Source of the DNA: Mobula hypostoma
Taxonomy: Eukaryota
Direction of reading: 5' to 3'
Assembly: GCF_963921235.1 (NCBI RefSeq)
Contig: NC_086108.1
Coordinates: 111,044,001-111,108,000 of the forward strand
DNA length: 64,000 nt
This document shows positions 37,563 through 49,761 of the stretch, piece after piece. The position numbers and the translations under genes were made by a program. Every line of letters starts with the position of its first letter. Position 1 is the first letter of the stretch. Under the pieces are notes generated by a model. It did no database searches. It had not been told where the DNA came from and was given only the letters and a program-made list of their open reading frames with translations.

Positions 37563-39972
37563 ATCCTTCTTCTTTCTGAAGAGCAAAGCTTGAACTTTCT
37601 CAGCCTATTCTCATAAGACATGCTCTCTAATCCAGCCAAACAATTCCCTTACCAATAACCACATGGGAAGTTTTCCTGTAGCTGTTTACTCTGCATTGTT
37701 TTTTACATTGTGTATCTCTGTGCACTGTGTAATGATCTGATCTGTATGCACAGTGTGCAAGTCAATGCTTTTCACTGTATCTCAGTGCATGTAACAGTCA
37801 TAAATTAAATTACCAAAATTCACCCAGATCCCATCCGCCTCAGCTTAAGCATATACCCTCTGGTTTGATTGCTTAATTTGCCACTGGAAACTGTCCCCAG
37901 TGTGGGTGTGAGGGGTGGAATCAGGGCGGGGCAGGGAAGGGGGTTGGTGGTGGTGTGGAGTTGATGGTAATGTAGTGTGGATGTATTACAAGGAAATTCA
38001 GTAGGGATGGGTTTGGTCAGTGAGATAGACTCTCGACCTTACAATCTACAATGTTATAACCTTGCACCATGTTGTCTACCTGCACTGCACTCTCTGTAAC
38101 TGTAACACTTTATTTTGGATTCTGTTATTGTTTTACCTCATTCTACCTTAATACACTGTGTAATGATCTGATCAGTATGGAGAGTATACAAGACAAGCTT
38201 TTCACCGTATCTCAGTACATGTGACAATAATGAACCAATTCCAATTCCATTTCCTATATCAATACCAATTCACCCTCATCAAATCTTGCTTCAATTATAA
38301 AAGGCTCTACTGGCTCATCTTAATGGCAACTTGGGGGTACGTCTCTACCAGAGATGTAAGGACCTCCACCACCCTGCGGGTCACCCTGGGCAAGGTGTAG
38401 CATCTGCTTTGTCCCCCCGATCAGGGCCTCGTGAAGCCATGGGAGCAGGTGGTGGACGGTGGTATGAGCAGCTAGTACATATCACAGGTCCTGGTTATGT
38501 GACCACTGATACCAGGTACACAATTTCTGAAGAGTATTGCTAATGGCTGCGGTCACCTGTCTTGTAAGGACATTGCCCAGAAGAAGGCAATGGCAAACCT
38601 CTTCTGTAGAAAAATTTCCAAGAACAGTCATTGCCTGGTGTTGGTGATGAAGCGCATGGAGGTCGGCCAGTGAGAACAGCAGGAGGAGTTTAAAAAAAAA
38701 GACTGATATACAGAGTGGGCAACAGAGTAGTGGGAGACAGTAGGAAGGCTTCGGCTCAACAGGGCTAAGGCAATAAGGGGTCAAGGCCAGGTAGGTTATC
38801 TGTTTAAAATAAAGACAAAGTATGTGTGAGGCTGGTTTTCTGTGCTCGGTATCAGATGTGGGAGGTCCTGGAAACTCCTGGCCTCCCGGACAGCCACATC
38901 TGCAGCAGATGTGTCGAGCTGCAGCTCCTTAGAGACTGTGTTAGGGAACTGGAGCTGCAGCTTGATGACCTTCATCTGGTCAGAGAGAGTGAGGAGGTGA
39001 TAGAGAGGAGCTATAGGCAGGTAGTCACCCCGGGACCACAGGAGACAGAAGTGGGTAACAGTCAGGAGAGGGAAGGGCAAGAAGCAAGTACTAGAGAGTA
39101 CCCCAGTGGCTGTCCCCTTTAACAATAAGTACTCCTGTTTGAGTGCTGTTGGGTAGGGATGGTCTACCTGGGGGAAGCAACAGTGGTTGTGCCTCTGGCC
39201 ATGTGGCTCAGAAGGGTAGGGAAAGGAAGAGGATGGCAGCAGTAATAGGGGACTCTATAGTTAGGGGGTCAGACAGGCGATTTTGTGGACACAGGAAAGA
39301 AACACAGATGGAAGTTTGGCTCCCAGGTACCAGGGTCCAGGATGTTTCTGATCGCGTCCACAATATTTTGAAGTGGGAAGGAGAACAGCCAGAGGTCAAG
39401 GCACATATTGGTACCAATGACATGGGCAGGAAAAGGGAGGAGATCCTGAAAACAGACCACAGGGAATTAGGACAGTACTTGAGAAGCAGGACCTCAAAGG
39501 TAGTAATCTCAGGATTACTGCCTGTGCCACGCGACAGTGGGTATAGGAATAGAATGAAGTGGAGGATAAATGTGTGGCAGAGGGTTTGGAGCAGGGGGCA
39601 GGGATTCAGATTTCTGGATCAATGGGACCTCTTTTGGGGCAGGTGGGACCTGTACAAAAAGGGCAGGTTGCCCTTGAATCCGAGGGGGACCAATATCCTG
39701 GCGGGAAGGTTTGCTGAGGCTATTGGGGAGAGTTTAAACTAGAATTGCTGGGAGGTGGGAGCTGAACTGAATTGATGGAGGAGAGGGAGGTTGGCTCACA
39801 AATAGGGAAAACTTGGAGACAGTGTGAAAGGGATGAAAGGCAGGTGATAGAGAAGGGAAGCACTCAGATCGATGGTTTGAGATGTGTCTATTTTAATCCG
39901 AAGAGTATTATGAACAAAATGATGAGCTTAAAGCGTAGATCAGTACTTGGAGCTATGACATTGTTGCCATTA

Positions 39973-42900
39973 GTAAGGGGGTTAGATAGGCGATTCTGTG
40001 GACGCAGTCCAGAGACCCGGATGGTAGTTTGCCTCCCTGGTGCCAGGGTCCGGGATATTTCTGATCGTGTCCAAGATATCCTGAAGTGGGAGGGTGAGGA
40101 GCCAGAGGTCGTGGTACATATAGGTACCAATGACATAGGTAGGAAAAGGGATGAGGTCCTGAAAGGAGAATATAGGGAGCTAGGAAGGGAGTTGAGAAAA
40201 AGGACCGCAAAGGTAGTAATCTCAGGATTACTGCCTGTGCCACACGACAGTGAGAGTAGGAATGCGATGAGGTGGAGGATAAATGCGTGGCTGAGGGATT
40301 GGAGCAGGGGGCAGGGATTCAAGTTTTTGGATCATTGGGACCTCTTTTGGCGCAGGCGTGACCTGTACAAAAAGGACAGGTTACACTTGAATCCTAGGGG
40401 GACCAATATCCTGGCAGAGAGATTAGCGGGGGCTACTGAGGTGACTTTAAACTAGAGTGGTTGGGGGGTGGGAATCAAATTAAAGAGGCTAGGCGTGAGG
40501 AGGTTAGTTCACAACAGGGGGATGGGAACCAGTGCAGAGAGACAGAGGGGTGTAAAGTGAGCGTAGAAGCAAAAAGTACAAAGGAGAAAAGTAAAAGTGG
40601 CAGGCCGACAAATCCAGGGCAAGCATTAAAAAGGGTCACTTTTCAACATAATTGTATAAGGGCTAAGAGAGTTGTAAAAGAGCGCCTGAAGGCTTTCTGT
40701 GTCAATGCAAGGAGCATTCGTAATAAGGTGGATGAATTGAAAGTGCAGATTGTTATTAATGATTATGATATAGTTGGGATCACAGAGACATGGCTCCAGG
40801 GTGACCAGGGATGGGAGCTCAATGTTCAGGGATATTCAATATTCAGGAGGGATAGACATGAAGGAAGGGGAGGTGGGGTGGCGTTGCTGGTTAAAGAAGA
40901 GATTAACGCAATAGAAAGGAAAGACATAAGTCGGGAAGATGTGGAATCGATATGGGTAGAGCTGCGTAACACTAAGGGGCAGAAGACGCTGGTGGGAGTT
41001 GTGTACAGGCCACCTAACAGTAGTAGTGAGGTCGGAGATGGTATTAAACAGGAAATTAGAAATGTGTGCAATAAAGGAACAGCAGTTATAATGGGTGACT
41101 TCAATCTACATGTAGATTGGGTGAACCAAATTGGTAAAGGTGCTGAGGAAGAGGATTTCTTGGAATGTATGCCGGATGGTTTTTTGAACCAACATGTCGA
41201 GGAACCAACTAGAGAGCAGGCTATTCTGGACTGGGTTTTGAGCAATGAGGAAGGGTTAATTAGCGATCTTGTCGTGAGAGGCCCCTTGGGTAAGAGTGAC
41301 CATAATATGGTGGAATTCTTCATTAATATGGAGAGTGACATAGTTAATTCAGAAACAAAGGTTCTGAACTTAAAGAGGGGTAACTTTGAAGGTATGAGAC
41401 GTGAATTAGCTAAGATAGACTGGCAAATGACACTTAAAGGATTGACAGTGGATAAGCAATGGCAAGCATTTAAAGGTTGCATGGATGAACTACAACAATT
41501 TTTCATCCCAGTTTGGCAAAAGAATAAATCAAGGAAGGTAGTGCACCCGTGGCTGACAAGAGAAATTAGGGATAGTATCAATTCCAAAGAAGAAGCATAC
41601 AAATTAGCCAGAAAAAGTGGCTCACCTGAGGACTGGGAGAAATTCAGAGTTCAGCAGAGGAGGACAAAGGGCTTAATTAGGAAGGGGAAAAAAGATTATG
41701 AGAGAAAACTGGCAGGGAACATAAAAACGGACTGTAAAAGCTTTTATAGATATGTAAAAAGGAAAAGACTGGTAAAGACAAATGTAGGTCCCCTGCAGAC
41801 AGAAACAGGTGAATTGATTATGGGGAGCAAGGACATGGCAGACCAATTGAATAACTACTTTGGTTCTGTCTTCACTAAGGAGGACATAAATAATCTTCCA
41901 GAAATAGTAAAGGACAGCGGGTCCAGTGAGATGGAGGAACTGAGCGAAATACATATTAGTAGGGAAGTGGTGTTAGGTAAATTGAAGGGATTAAAGGCAG
42001 ATAAATCCCCAGGGCCAGATGGTCTGCATCCCAGAGTGCTTAAGGAAGTAGCCCAAGAAATAGTGGATGCATTAGTGATAATTTTTCAAAACTCGTTAGA
42101 TTCTGGACTAGTTCCTGAGGATTGGAGGGTGGCTAATGTAACTCCACTTTTTAAAAAAGGAGGGAGAGAGAAACCGGGGAATTATAGACCGGTTAGCCTA
42201 ACATCGGTGGTGGGGAAACTGCTGGAGTCAGTTATCAAGGATGTGATAACAGCACATTTGGAAAGCGGTGAAATGATCAGACAAAGTCAGCATGGATTTG
42301 TGAAAGGAAAATCATGTCTGACGAATCTCATAGAATTTTTTGAGGATGTAACTAGTAGAGTGGATAGGGGAGAACCAGTGGATGTGGTATATTTGGATTT
42401 TCAAAAGGCTTTTGACAAGGTCCCACACAGGAGATTAGTGTGCAAACTTAAAGCACACGGTATTGGGGGTAAGGTATTGGTGTGGGTGGAGAATTGGTTA
42501 GCAGACAGGAAGCAAAGAGTGGGAATAAACGGGACCTTTTCAGAATGGCAGGCGGTGACTAGTGGGGTACCGCAAGGCTCAGTGCTGGGACCCCAGTTGT
42601 TTACAATATATATTAATGACTTGGATGAGGGAATTAAATGCAGCATCTCCAAGTTTGCGGATGACACGAAGCTGGGTGGCAGTGTTAGCAGTGAGGAGGA
42701 TGCTAAGAGGATGCAGGGTGACTTGGATAGGTTGGGTGAGTGGGCAAATTCATGGCAGATGCAATTTAATGTGGATAAATGTGAAGTTATCCACTTTGGT
42801 GGCAAAAATAAGAAAACAGATTATTATCTGAATGGTGGCCGACTAGGAAAAGGGGAGGTGCAACGAGACCTGGGTGTCATTATACACCAGTCATTGAAAG

Positions 42901-43581
42901 TGGGCATGCAGGTACAGCAGGCGGTGAAAAAGGCAAATGGTATGCTGGCATTTATAGCGAGAGGATTCGAGTACAGGAGCAGGGAGGTACTACTGCAGTT
43001 GTACAAGGCCTTGGTGAGACCACACCTGGAGTATTGTGTGTATTTTTGGTCCCCTAATCTGAGGAAAGACATCTTTGCCACAGAGGGAGTACAAAGGAGG
43101 TTCACCAGATTGATTCCTGGGATGGCAGGACTTTCATATGAAGAAAGACTGGATGAACTGGGCTTGTACTCGTTGGAATTTAGAAGATTGAGGGGGGATC
43201 TGATTGAAACGTATAAGATCCTAAAGGGATTGGACAGGCTAGATGCAGGAAGATTGTTCCCGATGTTGGGGAAGTCCAGAATGAGGGGTCACAGTTTGAG
43301 GATAAAGGGGAAGCCTTTTAGGACCGACATTAGGAAAAACTTCTTCACACAGAGAGTGGTGAATCTGTGGAATTCTCTGCCACAGGAAACAGTTGAGGCC
43401 AGTTCATTGGCTATATTTAAGAGGGAGTTAGATATGACCCTTGTGGCTACGGGGGTCAGGGGTTATGGAGGGAAGGCTGGGGCGGGGTTCTGAGTTGGAT
43501 GATCAGCCATGATCATAATAAATGGTGGTGCAGGCTCGAAGGGCCGAATGGCCTACTCCTGCACCTATTTTCTATGTTTTT
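39973..43581 (+). mobile_element. Young CR1 LINE, truncated within ORF1, with intact ORF2
   Basis: ATTA duplicated at 39969-39972 and 43582-43585. ORF1 esterase C-terminus runs to 40455, then ORF2 and a TTTCTATG tail. Confidence 0.93.
40461..43493 (+). CDS. CR1 ORF2p: AP-endonuclease plus reverse transcriptase, uninterrupted (the frame opens at 40440; the listed start is TTG, not ATG)
   Basis: NARS, ITETW, YRPP, GDFN, SDH; NYRPVSLTS, QHGF, LDFQKAFD, GVPQGSVLGP, FADD. Confidence 0.95.
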   Translation: MGGGNQIKEARREEVSSQQGDGNQCRETEGCKVSVEAKSTKEKSKSGRPTNPGQALKRVTFQHNCIRAKRVVKERLKAFCVNARSIRNKVDELKVQIVINDYDIVGITETWLQGDQGWELNVQGYSIFRRDRHEGRGGGVALLVKEEINAIERKDISREDVESIWVELRNTKGQKTLVGVVYRPPNSSSEVGDGIKQEIRNVCNKGTAVIMGDFNLHVDWVNQIGKGAEEEDFLECMPDGFLNQHVEEPTREQAILDWVLSNEEGLISDLVVRGPLGKSDHNMVEFFINMESDIVNSETKVLNLKRGNFEGMRRELAKIDWQMTLKGLTVDKQWQAFKGCMDELQQFFIPVWQKNKSRKVVHPWLTREIRDSINSKEEAYKLARKSGSPEDWEKFRVQQRRTKGLIRKGKKDYERKLAGNIKTDCKSFYRYVKRKRLVKTNVGPLQTETGELIMGSKDMADQLNNYFGSVFTKEDINNLPEIVKDSGSSEMEELSEIHISREVVLGKLKGLKADKSPGPDGLHPRVLKEVAQEIVDALVIIFQNSLDSGLVPEDWRVANVTPLFKKGGREKPGNYRPVSLTSVVGKLLESVIKDVITAHLESGEMIRQSQHGFVKGKSCLTNLIEFFEDVTSRVDRGEPVDVVYLDFQKAFDKVPHRRLVCKLKAHGIGGKVLVWVENWLADRKQRVGINGTFSEWQAVTSGVPQGSVLGPQLFTIYINDLDEGIKCSISKFADDTKLGGSVSSEEDAKRMQGDLDRLGEWANSWQMQFNVDKCEVIHFGGKNKKTDYYLNGGRLGKGEVQRDLGVIIHQSLKVGMQVQQAVKKANGMLAFIARGFEYRSREVLLQLYKALVRPHLEYCVYFWSPNLRKDIFATEGVQRRFTRLIPGMAGLSYEERLDELGLYSLEFRRLRGDLIETYKILKGLDRLDAGRLFPMLGKSRMRGHSLRIKGKPFRTDIRKNFFTQRVVNLWNSLPQETVEASSLAIFKRELDMTLVATGVRGYGGKAGAGF

Positions 43582-44951
43582 ATTACAGAGACTTGGATGA
43601 CGCAGGGGCAGGAATGGCTACTTCATGTGCCAGGCTTTAGATGTTTCAGAGAGGATAGGGAGGGAGGCAAGAGAGGTGGGGGCATGGCACTGTTGATCAG
43701 AGATAGTGTCACAGCTGCAGAAAAGGAGGAAGTCATGGAGGGGTTGTATACATAGTCTCTGTGGGTGGAAGTTAGGAATAGGAAGGGGTCAATAACTCTA
43801 CTGGGTGTTTTTTATAAACCACCCAATAGTAACAGGGACATCGAGGAGCAGACAGGGAGACAGATTCTGAAAAGGAGTAATAATAACAGGGTTGTTGTGG
43901 TGGGAGATTTTAATTTCCCAAATATTGATTGGCATCTCCCAATAGTAAGGGGTTTAGATGGGGTAGAGTTTGTTAGGTGTGTTCAGGTAGGTTTCTTGAC
44001 ACAATATGTAGTAGATAAGCCTGCAAGAGGAGAGGCTGTACTTGATCTGGTATTGAGAAATGAACCTGGTCAGGTGTCAGGTCTCTCAGTGGGAGAGCAT
44101 TTTGGAGATGGTGATCACAGTTCTATCTCCTTTACCATAGCTTTGGAGACGGATAGGAACACGACAAGTTAGGGAAATGTTTAATTGGAGTAAGGGGAAA
44201 TCTGAGGCTATCAGGCAGGAACTTGGAAGCACAACTTGGAAACAGATGTTCTCAGGGAAACGTAAAGAAATGTGGCAAATGTTCAGGGGATATTTGCTTG
44301 GGGTTCTGAGTAGGTACGTTCCAATGAGACATGGAAAGGATGGTAGGGTACAGGAACCGTGGTGTACAAAGGCTTTTGTAAATCTAGTCAAATAAAGAGC
44401 TTATGAAAGGTTCAAAAAGCTAGGTAATGATAGGAATCTAGAAGATTATATGGATTATATGGCTACCAGGAAGGAGCTTAAGAATTAAATTAGGAGAGCC
44501 AGAAGGGGCCATGAGAAGGCCTTGGCCGACTGGATTAAGGAAAAGCTCAAGGCCTTCTACAAGTATGTGAAGAGCAAGAGGATAAGATGAGAGAATAGGT
44601 CCAATCAAGTGTGACAGTGGAAAAGTGTGTATGGAACCGGAGGAAATAGCGGAGGTACTCAATGAATACTTTGCTTCAGTATTCATTACAGAAAATGATC
44701 TTGGCGATTGTAGTGATGCTTTGCAGCAGACCGAGAAACTTGAGCATGTGGATATTAAGATGATGTGCTGGAGCTTTTGGAAGCATCAAGTTGGATAAGT
44801 CACCGGGACTGGATGGGATGTACCCCAGGCGACTGTGGAAGCGAGGGAGAAGATTGCTGAGCCTCTGGTAATGATCTTTGCATCATCAATGAGGATGGGA
44901 GAGGTTCCGGAGGATTGGAGGGTTGCAGATGTTGTTCCCTTATTCAAGAAA

Positions 44952-47900
44952 TTTACCAACATAGAAAAGGGGCAGTGTTGAATCTCCTATTAGGGACTGA
45001 GATAGGTCAGGTGACAGAGATATGTGTTGGGGAGCACTTTGGATCCAGTGATCACAATGCCATTAGTTTCAATATAATTATGGAGAAGGATAGGACTGGA
45101 CCCAGGGTTGAGATTTTTGATTGGAGAAAGATTAACTTTGAGGAGATGCGAAAGGATTTAGAAGGAGTGGATTGTAACAATTTTTTTTATGGGAAGGATG
45201 TAATAGAGAAATGGAGGTCATTTAAAGGTGAAATTTTGAGGGTACAGAATCCTTATGTTCCTGTTAGGTTGAAAGGAAAGGTTAAAAATTTGAGAGAGCC
45301 ATGGTTTAAGGGATATCGGAAACTTGGTTCGGAAAAAGAGAGATCTACAATAAATATCGGCAGCTTGGAGTAAATGAGGTGCTCAAGGAATATAAAGAAT
45401 ATAAAAAGAATCTTAAGAAAGAAATTAGAAAAGCTAAAAGGAGATATGAGGTTGCTTTGGCAAGTAAGGTGAAAATAAATCCAAAGGGTTTCTACAGTTA
45501 TATTAATAGCAAAAGGATAGTGAGGGATAAAATCGGTCCCTTAGAGAATCAGAGTGGATGGTTATGTGTGGAGCCAAAAGAGATGGAGGAGATTTTGAAC
45601 AATTTCTTTTCTTCAGTATTCACTAAGGAGAAGGATATTGAACTGTGTAAGGCAAGGGAAACAAGTAGGGAAGTTATAGAAACTATGATGATTAAAGAAG
45701 AGGAAGTACTGGCACTTTTAAGGAATATAAAAGTGGATAAATCTCCGGGTCCTGACAGGATACTCCCTAGGACCTTGAGGGAAGTTAATGTGGAAATAGC
45801 AGGGGCTCTGACAGAAATATTTCAAATGTCATTAGAAACGAGGATGGTGTCGGAGGATTGGCGTTTTGCTCATGTGGTTCCATTGTTTAAAAAGGGTTCT
45901 AAGAGTAAACCTAGCAATTATCGGCCTGTGAGTTTGACGTCAGTGGTGGGTAAGTTGATGGAAAGTATTCTTAAGAGATGGTATGTATAATTATCTGGAT
46001 AGACAGGGTCTGATTAGGAACAGTCAACATGGATTTGTGCGTGGAAGGTGACATTTGACAAATCATTGATGAGGTTACTAGGAAAGTTGACGAGGGTAAA
46101 GCAGTGGATGTTGGCTATACGGTCTTCAGTAAGGCCTTTGATAAGGTTCCACATGGAAGGTTAGTTAGGAAGGTTCAATCGTTAGGTATTAATATTGAAG
46201 TAGTAAAATGGATTCAGCAGTGGCTGGATGGGAGACGCCAGAGAGTAGTGGTGGATAACTGTGTGTCAGATTGGAGGCCGGTGTCTAGTGGTGTGCCTCA
46301 GGGATCTGTACTGGGTCCAATGTTGTTTGTCATATACATTAATGATCTGGATGATGGGGTGCTAAATTGGATAAGTAGGAATGCAGATGATACTAAGATA
46401 AGTGGTGTGGATAATGAAGTAGGTTTTCAAAGCTTGCAGAGAGATTTAGGCCAGTTAGAAGAGTGGGCTGAAAGATGGCAGATGGAGCTTAATGCTGAAA
46501 AATGTGAGGTGCTACATTTTAGTAGAACTAATCAAAATAGGACATACATGGTAAATGGTAGGGCATTGAAGAATGCAGTAGAACAGAGGGATCCAAGAAT
46601 AATGGTGCATAGTTCCCTGAAGGTGGAATCTCGTGTGGATAGGGTGGTGAAGAAAGCTTTTGGTATGCTGGCCTTTATAAATCAGAGCATTAAGTATAGG
46701 AGTTGCGATGTAATGTTGAAATTGTACAAGAATTTGGTAAGACCAAATTTGGAGTATTGTACAGTTCTGGTCACCGAATTATAGGAAAGATGTCAACAAA
46801 ATAGAGAGAGTACAGAAAAGATTTACTAGCATGTTACCTGGGTTTCATTACTTAAGTTACAGAGAAAGGTTGAACAAGTTGGGTCTTTATTCTTTGGACC
46901 GTAGAAGGTTGAAGGAGGACTTGATAGAGGTATTTAAAGTTATGAGAGGGATAGATAGAGTTGATGTGGATAGGCTTTTTCTATTGAGAGTGGAGGAGAT
47001 TCAAACAAGAGGACATGAGTTGAGAGTTAAAGGGAAAATGTTTAGGGGTAACATGAGGGGGAACTTCTTTACTCAGAGAGTGGTAGCTGTGTGGAATGAG
47101 CTTCCAGCAGAAATGGTAGAGGCAGGTTCGATGTTGTCATTTAAAGTTAAATTGGACAGCTATATGGACAGGTAAGGAATGGATGGTTATGGGCTGAGTG
47201 CAGGTCAGTGGGACTAGGTGAGAGTAAGAGTTCGGCATGGACCAGAAGGGCTGACATGGCCTGTTTCCGTGCTGTAACTGTTATATGTGGTGGTGACATC
47301 CGTTAGTCTCGTGAGACCATGGATCTGCGCCTGGAAAGTCTTGCTTCAGTCTGTGTTAGAGCAGCGTCTGTTGTGGCTGTAGAGGCCCACACAGGAGTGA
47401 CAGTCTCGGCTGCAGCGACTGCACTTGAAGGCGCTGACCTCCAGTGTTGTCTTGGTGCTGTTTTTCTGACGAGTGCGCTTTTCTTCAGCAGCAAGCCTCA
47501 GCTTCTCTTCTCCTCTTTTTAGACCTCTGCGTAGTTCCAGCCTCCAGTGAGAGCGATCGCTTGCGATGTCCTCCCACCTCTCGACGTTCATTTTCAGTGA
47601 CTTCATGTCTCTCTTGCAAACGTCTTTGAAATGAAGATGGGGCTGCCCTTGTGCTCTCTTGCCGGAGGCCAGTTCCCCGTACAGCAGGTCTTTCGGGATC
47701 CTCCCGTCTGACATGCGGTGTATGTGGCCCAGCCAACGGAGACGGCCTTGTTGGAGCAGGATGAAGAGGCTGGGTATCTGGGCGTGGGCCAGGATCTCAT
47801 TGTTGGTGACTCAGTCAGTCCACGTGATGTCCAGGATGCGTCTCAGGCTGCGAAGGTGGAAGGCGTTGAGACGCCGCTCTTGTCTGTAGTAGAGGCTCCA

Positions 47901-48036
47901 GGTCTCGCTGCCGTAAAGCAGTGTGCTGATGACGCAGGCCCTGTAGACTGCAACTTTGGTGTGCGTCATCAGCTTTCTGTTCTCCCAGACTCTCTTTGTC
48001 AGTTGGTTCCAAGGTTGTCAACTGTCATATGGTTAT
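44952..48036 (+). mobile_element. Third CR1 family, 5'-truncated, nested in the outer CR1
   Basis: TSD AAGAAA at 44946-44951 and 48037-48042. ORFs 44915-47175; (TTATATGG)-type tail. Confidence 0.88.
47288..48019 (-). mobile_element. RTE-clade LINE 3' fragment inserted in the tail of the nested CR1
   Basis: ORF 47346-47714 (DGRIPKDLLYGEL...CxxC...H zinc finger). TSD AACTGTTATATG (47276-47287) and AACTGTCATATG (48020-48031). Confidence 0.88.
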
Positions 48037-48607
48037 AAGAAACGGAGTAGGGATAGCCCAAGAAATTATAGGCCAGTGAGTCTTAATTCAGTGGTTGGTA
48101 ATTTGATGGATAAGATCATGGGAGGCAGGTTTATGAACATTTGGAGAGGTATGATGATTAGGAATAGTCAGCATGGCTTTGTCAAGGTCAGGTCGTGCCT
48201 TATGAGCCTGACTGGATTTTTTAAGGATGTGACTAAACACATTGATGAAGGTAGAGCAGTAGATGTAGTGTATATGGATTTCAGCAAGACACTTGATAAG
48301 GTACCCCATGCAAGGCTTACTGAGAAAGTAAGGAGGCATGGGATCCTAGGGGACATTGCTTTGTGGATCCAGAACTGGCTTGCCCACAGAAGGCAAAGAG
48401 TAGTTGTAGACAGGTCATATTCTGCACAGAGGCCAGTGACTAGTGGTGTGCCTCAGGGATCTGTTCTGGGACCCCTAATCTTTGTCATTTTTTATAAATG
48501 ACCTGAATGAGGAAGTGGAGGGATGGGTTCATAAATTTGCTGATGACATAAAGGTTGGGGGTGTTGTTTTAGTGTGGAGGGCTGTTAGAGGTTACAACGG
48601 GACATCG

Positions 48608-49761
48608 TGTCACAATGGGGATGCTGGTAGCGGACCCAAGTGCAAGATACAGACACTGAAGTACAAGGAACAGGACTTGACCAGAGTAGGGACGTGACAG
48701 GATTCAGGCAAGGAGCAGGGACAAGAACACAGACTTGGGTTAGGATATGGACTAGACAGGGAACCCAGACAAGGATCTATGAACTAGGAGCCTGAGCTTG
48801 GGCTCTGAGCCAGAGACTGGACAAGGACCCAGAACTTGGGTCTTGCCTCGGGCTCAGGCCCCAGAACCAGGCAAGGACAGGACGTGGCTGGGGTCTTGGC
48901 ACTTGAGATGCAGAGGTTGATAATTCAGAGGCTGGAACTCTGGGAACTGTACATCAACATAGAGCCAGGACTCTTCTTCAAAAAGCTGGGACTCATCTTT
49001 AACATGACACTAATACGAGACTGGACAGTACATAGACTAGCTGGGACTCATCCTTCAACAAGCAGGGACTCATCTTTATCTCCACACCAAGGTGAGACAG
49101 GTACACCTGTTGGGTAACAGCAGAACAGCCAGACTACCCAACAGAGGCAAAGACAAGACAGATCCCCCCACAGGACAGCAGCAGAACAACCTGACTTACC
49201 CCACAGAGGCAAGGACAAGACAAGACAGATCCCCCCACAGGGCAATAGCAGAATAGCCTGACTTACCCCACAGAGGCAAGGACAAGAAGAGACAAACATC
49301 AAGAACAACAGACAGTTCCATCTCTGCTTCAGGGTTGCTCCAAGTCATAGTTTAGCCAGCAACCTTGGCTGGCTACAGAAACAGCCAGATCCCTACAGCT
49401 GGATCCAGAAACCACACAGCAGCCACACAGCTGGCCTGGGAAACAGCCAAATCCAAACCGCACAGACAATTCCAACTACTGACAGCAAGGCTCCATGAGA
49501 GGATGGTTCCCCAACACAGCCTGAAGATGGCAAGTGGCCACTCTAGCCTTCCACCAGCAAGTTGTTCCCAGGGGATCTTGACAAGACAAACCAGCAGCCC
49601 ACACTCACCCCCAAGACTACTTATATTCCAAGCCCCAAGATGGGAATCAGGTGCCAATGATTAACTCAACCAAAACAAGGGACAGCTGGAAGCCCTGGAG
49701 TCCTGAGTCCACGGACCGGACCGTGAACTGGAATGCGGACTTTACGGACCGGACCATGACA
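48608..49761. mobile_element. Solo LTR of 1154 bp with internal tandem repeats
   Basis: TGTCA...TGACA termini, 5-bp TSD CATCG/CATTG. The host RT reading RDIDR is restored when it is removed. Confidence 0.8.

Noticed and set aside
39772..40455. 227-aa ORF that looks like a novel endonuclease-esterase protein
   Set aside because: It is a chance in-frame junction between the outer element's ORF2 start and the nested element's truncated ORF1 at 39972/39973.
40826..43105. Long antisense ORFs (258 aa, 134 aa and others) opposite CR1 ORF2, and similar ones opposite other copies
   Set aside because: These are shadow frames of the RT coding strand. They recur only because the repeat recurs and show no domain motifs.
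49110..49290. Regularly spaced repeats superficially like a CRISPR array
   Set aside because: These are tandem units without unique spacers, inside an LTR in vertebrate DNA, with no cas genes.
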